A stretch of 38,915 bases of DNA from a virus (IMGVR_UViG_2974586480_000001); one strand, 5' to 3'; positions 1 to 9,445 are shown, counted from the first letter of the stretch. The notes: generated from the sequence alone by a model not told the origin. Program-made: numbers and translations.

Positions 1-2
1 AT

Positions 3-1661
3 TATGAAAAAATTGATGATGGTAACAAATCTCATTATGATACTGTAAAACGTATCAGAAAAGAGTGGACTCCAGAAGAGCTTAAAGCTGTTTTGGAAGA
101 AATTCAAGATTGCCCAATCAAAGAGTTGACCTCTCGGGCAATTAAAAAGGCAACTGCTGAACGGTTTGGCATTAGAGCTGGACTTTCCGGTGAAGATGGT
201 ACAACTGTTATTTCCCATTTCTACCCCAAAACTCGGAGTGGTGAAACGGTTGCTTATAAGGTTAGAAACCTTGAGCATAAAGCTTTCTATTCAAAAGGTG
301 ACGGTACTGACACTGATCTTTTTGGTATTGAGCAAGCCCGTCAAGGGGATGTTTACACTGGTAAACTCTTCATCTTTGAAGATGAACTGTCTTGTGCATC
401 AGGTTTTCAAGTCCTTGTAGAGAATAGTAAATCAGCTTATAAACCTGCGTGTGTATCATTGCCAAATGGTGCATCTGCTGCAACCACTGCAATATCTCGT
501 AACCGTGAGTTTGTGGACTCTTTCCAAGAAGTTGTTGTCTGTATGGATAATGATGAAGCTGGGGAAGAGGCAGTAAAACGCATTCGAGCTCTCATTCCAA
601 ACATCAAGGTCGCTAAGATTCCTAAGGGTAAAACCAAGGAAGGCAAGTTGATCAAGGATGCTAACGACCTCCTGATGGAGGGTCGAGGTTTGGAGCTTAA
701 CAACATCCTCCGATTTAATGCAGCCAAAGAGTCTCCAGCAGGACATGCTACGGTAAGTGAATGCTTGGACGAAGCTCTGAAGAAGCCAGAGTGGGGTTTT
801 GAGTGGCCTTGGAAAGGGTTGACAGACCTAACTTATGGACTACGAATTGGCGAAGTTGTAGCAATCGGTGGTGGTGTTGGTGGTGGTAAAACTTTGATTG
901 GTCATGAGCTGACTTCTCACCTTATCATGAAGTATGGGATGAATGTCGGTACTTTCATGTTGGAAGAGACTGTAGGTTCTACGTTGAAGAACGTTGCTGG
1001 TAAATCAGCGAATGTCCCCTTCCACAGACCAGACATCGAGTACGATCAGAGTTTGCTTACCAACGAGATTATGAAGTATGATGGTAAACTCTTTCTCTAT
1101 AAGAATTTTGGTCAGAACGACTGGGAAGATATCAAACGTGTAATGCGTTTCTGGGTTGTGGAACATGATGTTAAGTTTGTAATGCTTGATAACGTAACAG
1201 CTCTGGTATCCCACCTATCCGCTACGGAAATCAACACTGAAGTTGCTCGAATTGCAGTAGAGCTTGCAGGTATGTGTAACGAACTCGGATTCACATGCTT
1301 TGTATTCAGTCACTTGAACCCTCCAAAAACAGGCGCTCCTCATGAAGAGGGTGGCCAAGTCCAAGAAGTGCAATTCACTGGTTCCCGTGCTTTAATGCGA
1401 TTCTCTCAACTCATCATGGGTTTTGAGCGCAACAAACAAGCAGAAGGGGATGCCAAAAACTACTCACAAATTCGTTTGCTGAAAGATAGAAACTTCGGTA
1501 GGTCTGGCATTGTTCCAACTAAGTACGACCCACTCACAGGTCGCTTAACAGAACGTGCAGACCATGAGTATGATCCTCATAATCCATTCTCAGTTGTTGG
1601 AGAGGATGGTATTGATGATGGTTATCAACCCAAGGTTGGTGATAACGAGAGAGTCTACTAA
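3..1661 (+). CDS. Primase-helicase, T7 gp4-like (5' partial)
   Basis: TOPRIM motifs (FEDE, CMDNDEAG, KDAND), Walker A GGGVGGGKT, DnaB-like MLDN and FTGSRA motifs. The frame is open from base 3 to the track start at 93, so the gene begins before the window. Confidence 0.92.
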   Translation, partial: YEKIDDGNKSHYDTVKRIRKEWTPEELKAVLEEIQDCPIKELTSRAIKKATAERFGIRAGLSGEDGTTVISHFYPKTRSGETVAYKVRNLEHKAFYSKGDGTDTDLFGIEQARQGDVYTGKLFIFEDELSCASGFQVLVENSKSAYKPACVSLPNGASAATTAISRNREFVDSFQEVVVCMDNDEAGEEAVKRIRALIPNIKVAKIPKGKTKEGKLIKDANDLLMEGRGLELNNILRFNAAKESPAGHATVSECLDEALKKPEWGFEWPWKGLTDLTYGLRIGEVVAIGGGVGGGKTLIGHELTSHLIMKYGMNVGTFMLEETVGSTLKNVAGKSANVPFHRPDIEYDQSLLTNEIMKYDGKLFLYKNFGQNDWEDIKRVMRFWVVEHDVKFVMLDNVTALVSHLSATEINTEVARIAVELAGMCNELGFTCFVFSHLNPPKTGAPHEEGGQVQEVQFTGSRALMRFSQLIMGFERNKQAEGDAKNYSQIRLLKDRNFGRSGIVPTKYDPLTGRLTERADHEYDPHNPFSVVGEDGIDDGYQPKVGDNERVY

Positions 1662-1891
1662 TGGTAATAAAAACACAAATTCGTATATATGACCCAGTAA
1701 CTGGGTCTTTCCAAGAGGTTATTCAAAGTTCTCACGGAAACATTAAGGACATGTGTAAATGGATGAACTTGGTCGAAGATGTTCATTCTCAAGTGACCAA
1801 TTGCAATATCCAAGTCCGAATGGGTAAGTCTGGAAAACTTGTACCTTTTAAATCTGTCAGAGCTCTTCACAATACATTTTGGGGGGTTTGA
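1661..1891 (+). CDS. Hypothetical protein (76 aa)
   Basis: ORF translationally coupled to both neighbours. Confidence 0.6.
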   Translation: MVIKTQIRIYDPVTGSFQEVIQSSHGNIKDMCKWMNLVEDVHSQVTNCNIQVRMGKSGKLVPFKSVRALHNTFWGV

Positions 1892-2442
1892 TGGCAAAAG
1901 TAGGTGTAACGGATATAGAAGCTAACAACCTTTGGTATGGTATTTCAAGGTTTCACTGTGCATGGGTTATTGACCCAAATGACAGGGAGAGCCGTGTTGG
2001 TTATCGACCAGATGAAGCACACGCTTATTTAGAACACCTTAAAAGTCTTGATGTTGTCGTATTTCACAACGGGGTCGATTTTGATGGCCCCGCTCTGTAT
2101 AAATTGTACCCAGAGTTTAAGGGTATAAAGATGTTCGACACAATAGTTCTATCTAGAATGCTTTTCCCAGAACGTAAATCTCACTCTTTGAAATCTTGGG
2201 GTATTGAACTTGGGGTTTTGAAAGGGGATTATGGATCTGCACAAACTGATGAAGAGGGTGTGGATGTTTGGGAGAAGTTCTCAGAAGAAATGTTTGAATA
2301 CTGTGAGCAGGACGTTGAGGTTACAGTTGCGCTGTACCTTTACCTCTGCGAAATTGCAGGGTTTGATCCAGAAGATCCCCCAGCAAAGTATTTAGATTTT
2401 ACAGAGATTGATAGAACTTTGAAAACTTTAGGAAAGAAGTAA
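1891..2442 (+). CDS. Stand-alone 3'-5' proofreading exonuclease domain of a family A DNA polymerase
   Basis: ExoI DIEAN, ExoII HNGVDFD, ExoIII YCEQDVEVT, and HSLKSWG as in the T7 gp5 N-terminus. ATG at 1891 overlaps the previous stop. Confidence 0.9.
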   Translation: MAKVGVTDIEANNLWYGISRFHCAWVIDPNDRESRVGYRPDEAHAYLEHLKSLDVVVFHNGVDFDGPALYKLYPEFKGIKMFDTIVLSRMLFPERKSHSLKSWGIELGVLKGDYGSAQTDEEGVDVWEKFSEEMFEYCEQDVEVTVALYLYLCEIAGFDPEDPPAKYLDFTEIDRTLKTLGKK

Positions 2443-2813
2443 TGACTTACGCAGATATTAAAAACAAAATGAAAACTCTTGGTTTCTCTGATGAAGAGTT
2501 TTTTAAAATGTGGTTGGAGGTGTACGTTCTATCAAGTAAGAAAGAAGATCTTCACTCTAACTTTGCAGAAAAATTAGGTTGTACTAGGGATGAAGCAAAA
2601 GGCGTTCACTGGGCGCTGATGTATAAAAGCCCATACCTTCAAGATCTTCTGAGACTTACTCGTATATGCTCTTTAGAGTCTGCCAAGGCAATGGTGGGCC
2701 GATCAAAAGATCTAAAAGAAGTAGACCAGCGTCTAATGGGATCACTTGATCACTTGGAGTCTCTCCACGATAAATATATTGAAAATTTCCGTGAAATTAA
2801 GGTGGTAAATTAA
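2442..2813 (+). CDS. Hypothetical protein (123 aa)
   Basis: ORF with TAATG overlap on both sides. Confidence 0.65.
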   Translation: MTYADIKNKMKTLGFSDEEFFKMWLEVYVLSSKKEDLHSNFAEKLGCTRDEAKGVHWALMYKSPYLQDLLRLTRICSLESAKAMVGRSKDLKEVDQRLMGSLDHLESLHDKYIENFREIKVVN

Positions 2814-3370
2814 TGAGTTTGATGGCCGGTACTGAACTTTTGGATTTGGTAAAAAGTGGTGTAATCACTGCACTAGAGAAGAACGTGAACGCTGCTTCTA
2901 TTGATATTCGTATTGGGGATGAAATCCTCATCGAAGATTCTAATGTCGATGGTGCTGTGGATATTGATGCCAAGAAATCACTGAAGTTCGAGAAAATTAA
3001 AATCCCTGAGGATGGAATTATCATCTATCCAGGTCAATTCTTTTTAGCACACTCTGTTGAGTTCTTTAACTTACCGGATGACATTAGTGCGGAGTTTGTA
3101 CTTCGGTCAACCCTTGCACGTAATGGTCTTAACCATATGTTGGCTGGATTCGCCGATGCTGGTTGGCACGGTGCACAACTCACTATGGAATTTAAAAACG
3201 AAACTTCATTCCACCCCCTTCTGATCAAACCTGGAATGCGTGTTGGTCAGATGAAATTCTATAAACACAAAGATGCTGGTGATTTGAGCTATGCCAAACT
3301 TGGCAGCTATAATGGCCAGACAGGTGCTACTGTAGCATTTGGTGGTGAAAACCATCGAGATATGCGTTAA
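2813..3370 (+). CDS. dcd: dCTP deaminase (trimeric dUTPase/Dcd family)
   Basis: NAASIDIRIG, RSTLARNGL, GFADAGWHG and PGMRVGQM motifs. Confidence 0.85.
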   Translation: MSLMAGTELLDLVKSGVITALEKNVNAASIDIRIGDEILIEDSNVDGAVDIDAKKSLKFEKIKIPEDGIIIYPGQFFLAHSVEFFNLPDDISAEFVLRSTLARNGLNHMLAGFADAGWHGAQLTMEFKNETSFHPLLIKPGMRVGQMKFYKHKDAGDLSYAKLGSYNGQTGATVAFGGENHRDMR

Positions 3371-3394
3371 CAGTACCTTAATTAAGGGTATTTT

Positions 3395-3589
3395 ATGAAA
3401 GCTGTTATTGTCACTGTTCCTGTTAAATCTTTCTTTAGCAAAGAGAAGGATGACAGTAAGGAAATTCAGGTAAAGGCAGATGAGATTCACATCAGCTCCA
3501 ACGGTGTTCTTGTTCTGCGTCGATATGGAAATGTAGTCGAATGTTTTGCAGCAGGAGAGTGGCTAAGAGCTAAAGAATCGAATCAGTAG
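3395..3589 (+). CDS. Hypothetical protein (64 aa)
   Basis: Small ORF filling the gap between dcd and nrdD. Confidence 0.55.
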   Translation: MKAVIVTVPVKSFFSKEKDDSKEIQVKADEIHISSNGVLVLRRYGNVVECFAAGEWLRAKESNQ

Positions 3590-3597
3590 GAGGTGTA

Positions 3598-5727
3598 ATG
3601 ACTCAAGTAGTTAAGCGTAATGGTTCCGTGGTGGATTTTGATATCCACCGCATCTCAGATGCAATTGAACGTGCAGTAGCCAGTATTGACGCTGTAATGA
3701 GTCAATCCCCAGAAGAAATCGCTAAAAAGTTAAGCGAAAAACTTTTACAGTATGATCAAATTACTGTAGATGAAATTCAAGTTTTAGTTGAAAATGAATT
3801 GATGTCGGTCAACAAAGAAGTTGCCCGTAAATACATCACTTACCGCTACGAAAGGGATAAATCTAGAATTGCCCATCAGGCATTTACTAGAGATATCAAT
3901 AACCTCGTTAGTCTAAAGGACAAATCAATAATCAATGAGAATGCAAACAAGGACGCCAAGGTGTTCCCTGTTCAGCGTGATCTTATGGCTGGTATTGTAT
4001 CAAAGCATTTTGCTAAGAATGGATACCTTCCAGAACATATTATTGAAGCTCATGAAAGTGGAGATATTCATTTCCATGATCTTGACTATAGTCCTTTCCT
4101 TCCGTTTACAAACTGTTGCCTAGTAGACTTAAAAGGTATGCTCAGTAATGGTTTCCGTCTTGGTAATGCAGAGATTGAATCTCCTCGATCTTTCGGTGTT
4201 GCATGTGCTGTAACTGCACAGATTGTTGCTCAAGTAGCTTCACACCAATATGGTGGGACTACTATTGCTAACATAGACCAAGTTCTTGAAGAGTACGTAG
4301 CTTCGTCTTGGACTAAACACTGGAACCGTGGAATGGAGTGGGAAGTTCCCGATGTTCAATCATATGCAGACTCTATGACTCAGAAAGAGATTTATGATGG
4401 TTGTCAGGCAATGGAGTATGAGATTAACACCCTCTTCACGACCAATGGACAACAACCTTTCGTAACATTCTCTTTCGGAATGGGTACTAGCAAATATTCT
4501 CGTTGGATTCAGGAAGCTATTCTGAAGGTTCGGATCAAGGGTCTTGGTAAAGAAGGTATCACACCTGTATTTCCAAAGCTAGTGATGTTCCTTGAAGAGG
4601 GTTTAAACCTCAAAGAGGGTGATCCAAATTATGACATTAAAAAGTTGGCACTTGAATGCTCAAGTAAACGACTCTATCCAGATATTATCTCAGCCAGAAT
4701 CAATCGCCAAATTACAGGAAGTCCTGTACCCGTATCTCCGATGGGATGCAGATCTTTTCTTGGGGGATGGCGAGATGCCGAGGGTTCTTATACCTTGGAT
4801 GGAAGAAACAACCTTGGGGTGGTATCAGTCAATTTACCTCGAATTGCCATTGAATCTGGTGGTAGTTTTGAGAAGTTCTGGAACATTCTCGACAGCAGGC
4901 TCGAACTGGTTAAAGATGCCTTGGAAGTCCGTATTGACAGACTTCGTGGAGTCAAAGCCTCGGTCGCACCCATTCTCTATACGGAAGGGGCTTTCGGTGT
5001 TAAACTCGACCCTGAAGATGAAATCATCAACCTGTTCAAATTTGGACGATCTTCAATCTCTCTTGGATACATTGGCCTTCACGAAGTAATGAAGGTTATG
5101 TTCCCAACAGTGGATCCAATATTTAATGAAGAGGCCCAAGATTTTTCACTAGCTGTCATCAGTTACATGAGAGAGCGTGTAAATCTCTGGAAAGAGAAAT
5201 CACCTGAGGGTTGGGGTTATAGTCTGTACTCAACACCATCCGAATCCCTCTGTGATCGATTCTGCCGGTTAGATGTTAAGAAGTTTGGTGAAATTAAAGG
5301 TGTTAATGACCGTGGTTGGTATACAAACTCCTTCCACTTAGATGTTAATTCCAAAGTTTCTCCTTTCGAAAAGATTGACTTCGAAGCACCATATCACTAT
5401 GTTGCAAGCGGTGGTCACATCTCCTATGTTGAATTCCCAGATATGAAGCACAATATAGAAGCTTTAGAAACTGTGTGGGATTATGCAATGAACAACCTTG
5501 CGTACTTCGGTACAAACCTCCCCAGTGATAAATGTTTTGAGTGTGGATTTGATGGAGAGTTTAGTGCAACCTCTAAAGGATTCGAATGCCCTAGTTGCGG
5601 TAATCACGATTCAAGTAAAATGAACACGATTCGTCGTGTATGTGGTTATCTTGGTGCCCCCTCGGCCCGAGGCTTCAATGAAGGAAAACAAGCTGAAGTC
5701 GTAAATAGGGTTAAGCATTTTAGCTAA
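3598..5727 (+). CDS. nrdD: Anaerobic class III ribonucleoside-triphosphate reductase with N-terminal ATP cone
   Basis: VVKRNG ATP cone, FTNCCLVD, PMGCRSFL, Zn-site CFECG/CPSCG, glycyl-radical RRVCGYLG. SD GGAGG upstream. Confidence 0.96.
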   Translation: MTQVVKRNGSVVDFDIHRISDAIERAVASIDAVMSQSPEEIAKKLSEKLLQYDQITVDEIQVLVENELMSVNKEVARKYITYRYERDKSRIAHQAFTRDINNLVSLKDKSIINENANKDAKVFPVQRDLMAGIVSKHFAKNGYLPEHIIEAHESGDIHFHDLDYSPFLPFTNCCLVDLKGMLSNGFRLGNAEIESPRSFGVACAVTAQIVAQVASHQYGGTTIANIDQVLEEYVASSWTKHWNRGMEWEVPDVQSYADSMTQKEIYDGCQAMEYEINTLFTTNGQQPFVTFSFGMGTSKYSRWIQEAILKVRIKGLGKEGITPVFPKLVMFLEEGLNLKEGDPNYDIKKLALECSSKRLYPDIISARINRQITGSPVPVSPMGCRSFLGGWRDAEGSYTLDGRNNLGVVSVNLPRIAIESGGSFEKFWNILDSRLELVKDALEVRIDRLRGVKASVAPILYTEGAFGVKLDPEDEIINLFKFGRSSISLGYIGLHEVMKVMFPTVDPIFNEEAQDFSLAVISYMRERVNLWKEKSPEGWGYSLYSTPSESLCDRFCRLDVKKFGEIKGVNDRGWYTNSFHLDVNSKVSPFEKIDFEAPYHYVASGGHISYVEFPDMKHNIEALETVWDYAMNNLAYFGTNLPSDKCFECGFDGEFSATSKGFECPSCGNHDSSKMNTIRRVCGYLGAPSARGFNEGKQAEVVNRVKHFS

Positions 5728-5741
5728 TAAAAGGAGTTTTC

Positions 5742-6509
5742 ATGAGAAAATCTCGAAAGAGTGCTCGTAATTTTCGCCCACAGGCTCGTCGACAAATGAT
5801 GGATGCTCCAGAAATGGAGCGTTTTGTTCAGAGTCAATCCGATGAACAGTTTGAAGAATTGAAAGTCAAACCGGATAAAAGTCGTATTGAGCCGAAGAAT
5901 ATTTCACAAGCTCGTTATATTCACGCCCTGCATCACAAACCACTGGTGTTTGCCACTGGTGAGGCGGGTTGTGGTAAGACTTTTCTAAGTACGGTTTATG
6001 CCTGTGAACGCCTTCTTGCAAAAGATGTTGAACGTATCATTGTGACTCGTCCAGTTCTATCAGCTGATGAAGACCTTGGATACCTGCCTGGAGATATGAG
6101 TGAGAAGTTTGCACCATACTTCAGACCTGTGTATGATGTGTTGCTGAAACGACTTGGATCAACCTACCTTGAGTATTGTTTGAAACCTCGGGTTGCAAAA
6201 GTGGAGATTGCCCCATTCGCCTATATGCGTGGTCGTACTTTTGAAAACGCAGTAATCATTTTGGATGAAGCTCAAAACGTAACGCCACAGCAAATGAAAA
6301 TGTTCCTCACACGTCTTGGTGAGAATGTTACTGTAATTGTGAATGGCGATATTACCCAGTGTGATTTGCCCAAAGAAGTTCCTTCTGGTCTTGAAGATGC
6401 ACTGGAACGTTTTCGGAATGACAAGTACACCTCTATTATTGAATTTGGGATAGAGGACTGTGTCCGATCTGAACTTTGTCAACACGCTCTCAGGGCTTAT
6501 AATGACTGA
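5742..6509 (+). CDS. phoH: PhoH-family ATPase
   Basis: GEAGCGKT, TRPV, LGYLPG, YMRGRTF, LDEAQN, GDITQCD motifs. Confidence 0.95.
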   Translation: MRKSRKSARNFRPQARRQMMDAPEMERFVQSQSDEQFEELKVKPDKSRIEPKNISQARYIHALHHKPLVFATGEAGCGKTFLSTVYACERLLAKDVERIIVTRPVLSADEDLGYLPGDMSEKFAPYFRPVYDVLLKRLGSTYLEYCLKPRVAKVEIAPFAYMRGRTFENAVIILDEAQNVTPQQMKMFLTRLGENVTVIVNGDITQCDLPKEVPSGLEDALERFRNDKYTSIIEFGIEDCVRSELCQHALRAYND

Positions 6510-7053
6510 TAAATTCTATACAGGAGTGGGGTCAAGGGAGACCCCTCTCGAAATAATGGAGTTTATGAAAGCTGTGGCCTTTAGAATGGCAGAACTTGGT
6601 TATATTGGAAGAAGCGGGGCAGCAGATGGAGCTGACTCCGCTTTTTACTTTGGATGGGGTGAGCATAAGTTTCAAACTGTTAAACCAACCCCTTTTGTCG
6701 AGTATCTTCCATGGAAAGGTTTTAATGAACGGGTGTTTTCTGAAAGTAATGTTATAGCTCCAAATTTTGATAACTACAAACAGGCTGAAGAGATTGCCTC
6801 AACAGTCCATCCAGTGTGGGATAAACTTAGCCGAGGTGCTAGAGCCCTTCATACACGGAATGTTTATCAGGTTTTAGGAGATGACCTTAACACCCCAAGT
6901 CGTGTGTTGTTTTGTTATGCACCTCCAACAAAAACTGGAGTAAAAGGCGGTACAAATACAGCATGGCAATTGGCTAAGAAACATGGTGTTAAGTGTTATA
7001 ACTTTTACATTAAAGAGGATATTGATGAAGTTAAGAGAAAACTGAAAATATGA
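6502..7053 (+). CDS. SLOG superfamily (DprA/YspA-like) protein
   Basis: YTGVGSRETP, RSGAADGAD and GGTNTA motifs. ATG at 6502 is the likely start. Confidence 0.7.
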   Translation: MTDKFYTGVGSRETPLEIMEFMKAVAFRMAELGYIGRSGAADGADSAFYFGWGEHKFQTVKPTPFVEYLPWKGFNERVFSESNVIAPNFDNYKQAEEIASTVHPVWDKLSRGARALHTRNVYQVLGDDLNTPSRVLFCYAPPTKTGVKGGTNTAWQLAKKHGVKCYNFYIKEDIDEVKRKLKI

Positions 7054-7541
7054 GATACAGTGCACTCTATAAAAACGACGTAGTCAATGGTGAGGGTGTT
7101 CGTGTAACACTCTTCGTATCAGGTTGTGATCACCAGTGTAGGGGTTGTTATAATAAATCCACATGGAACCCAGATAATGGGAATGATTTTACAATCGAAA
7201 CCATTGAGGAAATCTTAGAAAGTTTAAAACCGGATCATATTAGTGGTCTTACACTGACTGGTGGAGACCCATTATACACTGGAAACATCTCAGAAATATT
7301 GAGATTAACATCCCTTATCCGGTATGCCTTTGGTAACACTAAGAATATCTGGATGTGGACTGGGTATACTTTGGATGAATTGAACGATTTCGAAGATCGG
7401 AACAATTACCTAAGACGTCGAATCCTTCAAAACGTTGATGTTCTCATTGATGGTAAATTCGTAGAAGAGTTAAAAGATCCATCGCTTACTTGGCGGGGGT
7501 CTTCTAATCAGATTATTCACCGCCTGACAAATAAGGTGTAA
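7050..7541 (+). CDS. nrdG: Anaerobic RNR activating enzyme (radical SAM)
   Basis: DVVNGEGVRVTLFVSGCDHQCRGCYN (CxxxCxxC), GGDP, DVLIDGKF, WRGSSNQ. Confidence 0.96.
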   Translation: MRYSALYKNDVVNGEGVRVTLFVSGCDHQCRGCYNKSTWNPDNGNDFTIETIEEILESLKPDHISGLTLTGGDPLYTGNISEILRLTSLIRYAFGNTKNIWMWTGYTLDELNDFEDRNNYLRRRILQNVDVLIDGKFVEELKDPSLTWRGSSNQIIHRLTNKV

Positions 7542-7592
7542 GGGTTGCCTCTATACACCACTAATAGTATTACAAAGACAGGAGGTGCTCCT

Positions 7593-7778
7593 ATGAATGA
7601 GCTAATTTTTGATGATATTCTAGATTCAGCAGAGGAATCTATCCTCTTCGGGGATTACGAAGATGCAGAAGATATGTACCTTGATCCCGAATATTTCAGT
7701 AATCTAGATGATTGTGATAACCCAGCTGACGACTTGTTTGAGGACAATTTCCTTGATAGTCAAGAGGATCATCTGTGA
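7593..7778 (+). CDS. Very acidic small protein (61 aa)
   Basis: SD GGAGGT at 7581-7586, ATG at 7593. 23 of 61 residues are D/E, with no K or R. Confidence 0.7.
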   Translation: MNELIFDDILDSAEESILFGDYEDAEDMYLDPEYFSNLDDCDNPADDLFEDNFLDSQEDHL

Positions 7779-7779
7779 T

Positions 7780-8061
7780 ATGGCGTTAATGAAATATATT
7801 CACAGGGATAAGCTACAGCGTGTTATCCGAGTAGGTGACTACGTGGTGTGGGGTAATGGAAAGTATGGTAAAGGTTTGGAAATAGCTAAAGTTGTTGGAG
7901 CTACACCAATCCGTATTCAAATCTTCAATATGGAGAAGAATAAAACAACCTATGCATTCCCCGACAATCTAGTAGTTATTTCACAACAAGTTCAAGCTAA
8001 TATTGAAGGAAATGTTGGTGCGAACATGGATCTTGAAGAAATGAGACAAGGGGATAATTAA
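7780..8061 (+). CDS. Hypothetical protein (93 aa)
   Basis: SD GAGGA upstream of ATG 7780; coupled to dps. Confidence 0.6.
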   Translation: MALMKYIHRDKLQRVIRVGDYVVWGNGKYGKGLEIAKVVGATPIRIQIFNMEKNKTTYAFPDNLVVISQQVQANIEGNVGANMDLEEMRQGDN

Positions 8062-8531
8062 TGCTTGCTCCAAAAGATAAAAATAGTCGTATTGTTACGA
8101 TTGAGATGAAAAGCACAGAAGAGATTCTGGCTACAATTCTTTCTAATCTGTACATCATTGGTATAAAAGCTAAGAACTATCACTGGAATACTGAAGGCCC
8201 TAATTTCTATGGCGATCATAAAACATACGACACTATTTATGAAGGTGCCTATGACCATATTGATATTATTGGAGAGCGGATGCGAGCACTCCAATACAAA
8301 GTTCGGTCTGATCTACCATTCCTTATCAAAAACTCAACAGTGAGCAATGATTTTGAAGATGAATCTGAAGAAATGTGTTGTGATATGGTTGAAGTTCTTG
8401 AAGAGTTTAGCAGCAACATCCTTGAAAACATGATGTATGTTGACCGAACAACTGAAAACCTGCTTCAGGAAACCGATGCTTGGGCTGGTAAAATGGCGTA
8501 CTTTGTGCGTTCGACTAAGCCTGAGGAGTGA
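8061..8531 (+). CDS. dps: Dps-family ferritin-like protein
   Basis: KNYHWNTEGPNF..DHK..D..Y..DIIGER, the Dps ferroxidase H/H/D/E pattern. Confidence 0.85.
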   Translation: MLAPKDKNSRIVTIEMKSTEEILATILSNLYIIGIKAKNYHWNTEGPNFYGDHKTYDTIYEGAYDHIDIIGERMRALQYKVRSDLPFLIKNSTVSNDFEDESEEMCCDMVEVLEEFSSNILENMMYVDRTTENLLQETDAWAGKMAYFVRSTKPEE

Positions 8532-8533
8532 TT

Positions 8534-8800
8534 ATGGTAGAGGTTGTTAATAAAGGATTTCAAGAACCTTTTGATATAAACCGAATCATAGAATCTGTTC
8601 AAACTGCAATGGAAAATGCTGGGTATCAAGATTTACAAGATGCCCTTCAAATTGCATTGGAGGTTCAATCAAAGGTTTTAGACAAAGATGTTGTATCCAC
8701 AGAGGTTTTGCTAGATCTTGTTATGGAAAGATTGATGGACTTAGGTAATGTTTATATCTTGAAATCTTATCTGTTAAAAAGTCTGGGGGTGCCTGGATGA
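8534..8800 (+). CDS. Stand-alone, degenerate ATP-cone domain protein
   Basis: EPFDINRIIESVQTAM..AG and VSTEVLLDLVMERL..Y resemble the ATP-cone fold. The canonical KRDG is replaced by NKG. Confidence 0.65.
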   Translation: MVEVVNKGFQEPFDINRIIESVQTAMENAGYQDLQDALQIALEVQSKVLDKDVVSTEVLLDLVMERLMDLGNVYILKSYLLKSLGVPG

Positions 8801-8802
8801 GG

Positions 8803-8970
8803 ATGTTTTGTCAAAAATGCAATGAATTTACATCTCATTTTAAAGAAGTAAAAAATTCCGAGATTTGGGTATGTAGTTCTTGCAGTAATGAAGTAGAAAC
8901 ACCACCAGAGTTAATTGTAGAATCAACCACTCCTCTACAAGGATCTCCAGATGAAATGCCCCAAGTGTAA
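8803..8970 (+). CDS. Small Zn-ribbon protein (55 aa, not in ORF track)
   Basis: Manual translation MFCQKCNEF...WVCSSCSNE; two CxxC pairs. Confidence 0.6.
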   Translation: MFCQKCNEFTSHFKEVKNSEIWVCSSCSNEVETPPELIVESTTPLQGSPDEMPQV

Positions 8971-9118
8971 TAGTAAAAAGGTATTTCTATGTTCCGGTGG
9001 TTTTTACATCTGCAATGATTGTGAGTGGTATTCCAAAAAGGAATCTTTGGATGTCCGATCTATCAACAATAATAGCGATATTCTTAACACCGCTATTGAT
9101 AAGTCTAGTATTTCATAA
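8951..9118 (+). CDS. Small Zn-ribbon protein (55 aa, not in ORF track)
   Basis: Manual translation MKCPKCNSKKV..YICNDCEW; two CxxC pairs. Confidence 0.6.
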   Translation: MKCPKCNSKKVFLCSGGFYICNDCEWYSKKESLDVRSINNNSDILNTAIDKSSIS

Positions 9119-9281
9119 AGATATAGATTCCAGTTCATCTATTGTTATAGGAAGTTTTGTAATAAAAGGATTTTCCTTAACATATTTGATTTGGTTTGCT
9201 ATAAACTCTATAATTTATTGTCTTTATCACGGATTCAGTTCTATGATTTTCTTAGTCATACAACTGTTCATGGAGGTATGA
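9051..9281 (+). CDS. Small membrane protein
   Basis: Hydrophobic stretches after M at 9051; AAGGA upstream. Confidence 0.45.
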   Translation: MSDLSTIIAIFLTPLLISLVFHKDIDSSSSIVIGSFVIKGFSLTYLIWFAINSIIYCLYHGFSSMIFLVIQLFMEV

Positions 9282-9445
9282 TGTTAAAGAAAACTAAAAA
9301 AGGTTTTAAACTTGTTTCAAAAAAGAATCCTAAAAAGGTTCTAAAGAACTTTGGTAAAGATAAGCCTTCAAAAGAGGAAGTTGCAAAAGAGGAAGCTCGT
9401 GTAAATTTCTTTAAAGAAGGTGGTGTCCTAAACAAGAAGAAATAG
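9278..9445 (+). CDS. Small basic protein (55 aa)
   Basis: SD GGAGGT directly upstream; Lys-rich. Confidence 0.55.
   Translation: MMLKKTKKGFKLVSKKNPKKVLKNFGKDKPSKEEVAKEEARVNFFKEGGVLNKKK

Noticed and set aside
166-1294. Several alternative-frame and antisense ORFs inside the primase-helicase
   Set aside because: Shadow ORFs over a motif-rich gene; no SD or recognisable motifs. The same applies to similar track ORFs inside nrdD, polymerase, nrdA/nrdB and the - strand virion genes.
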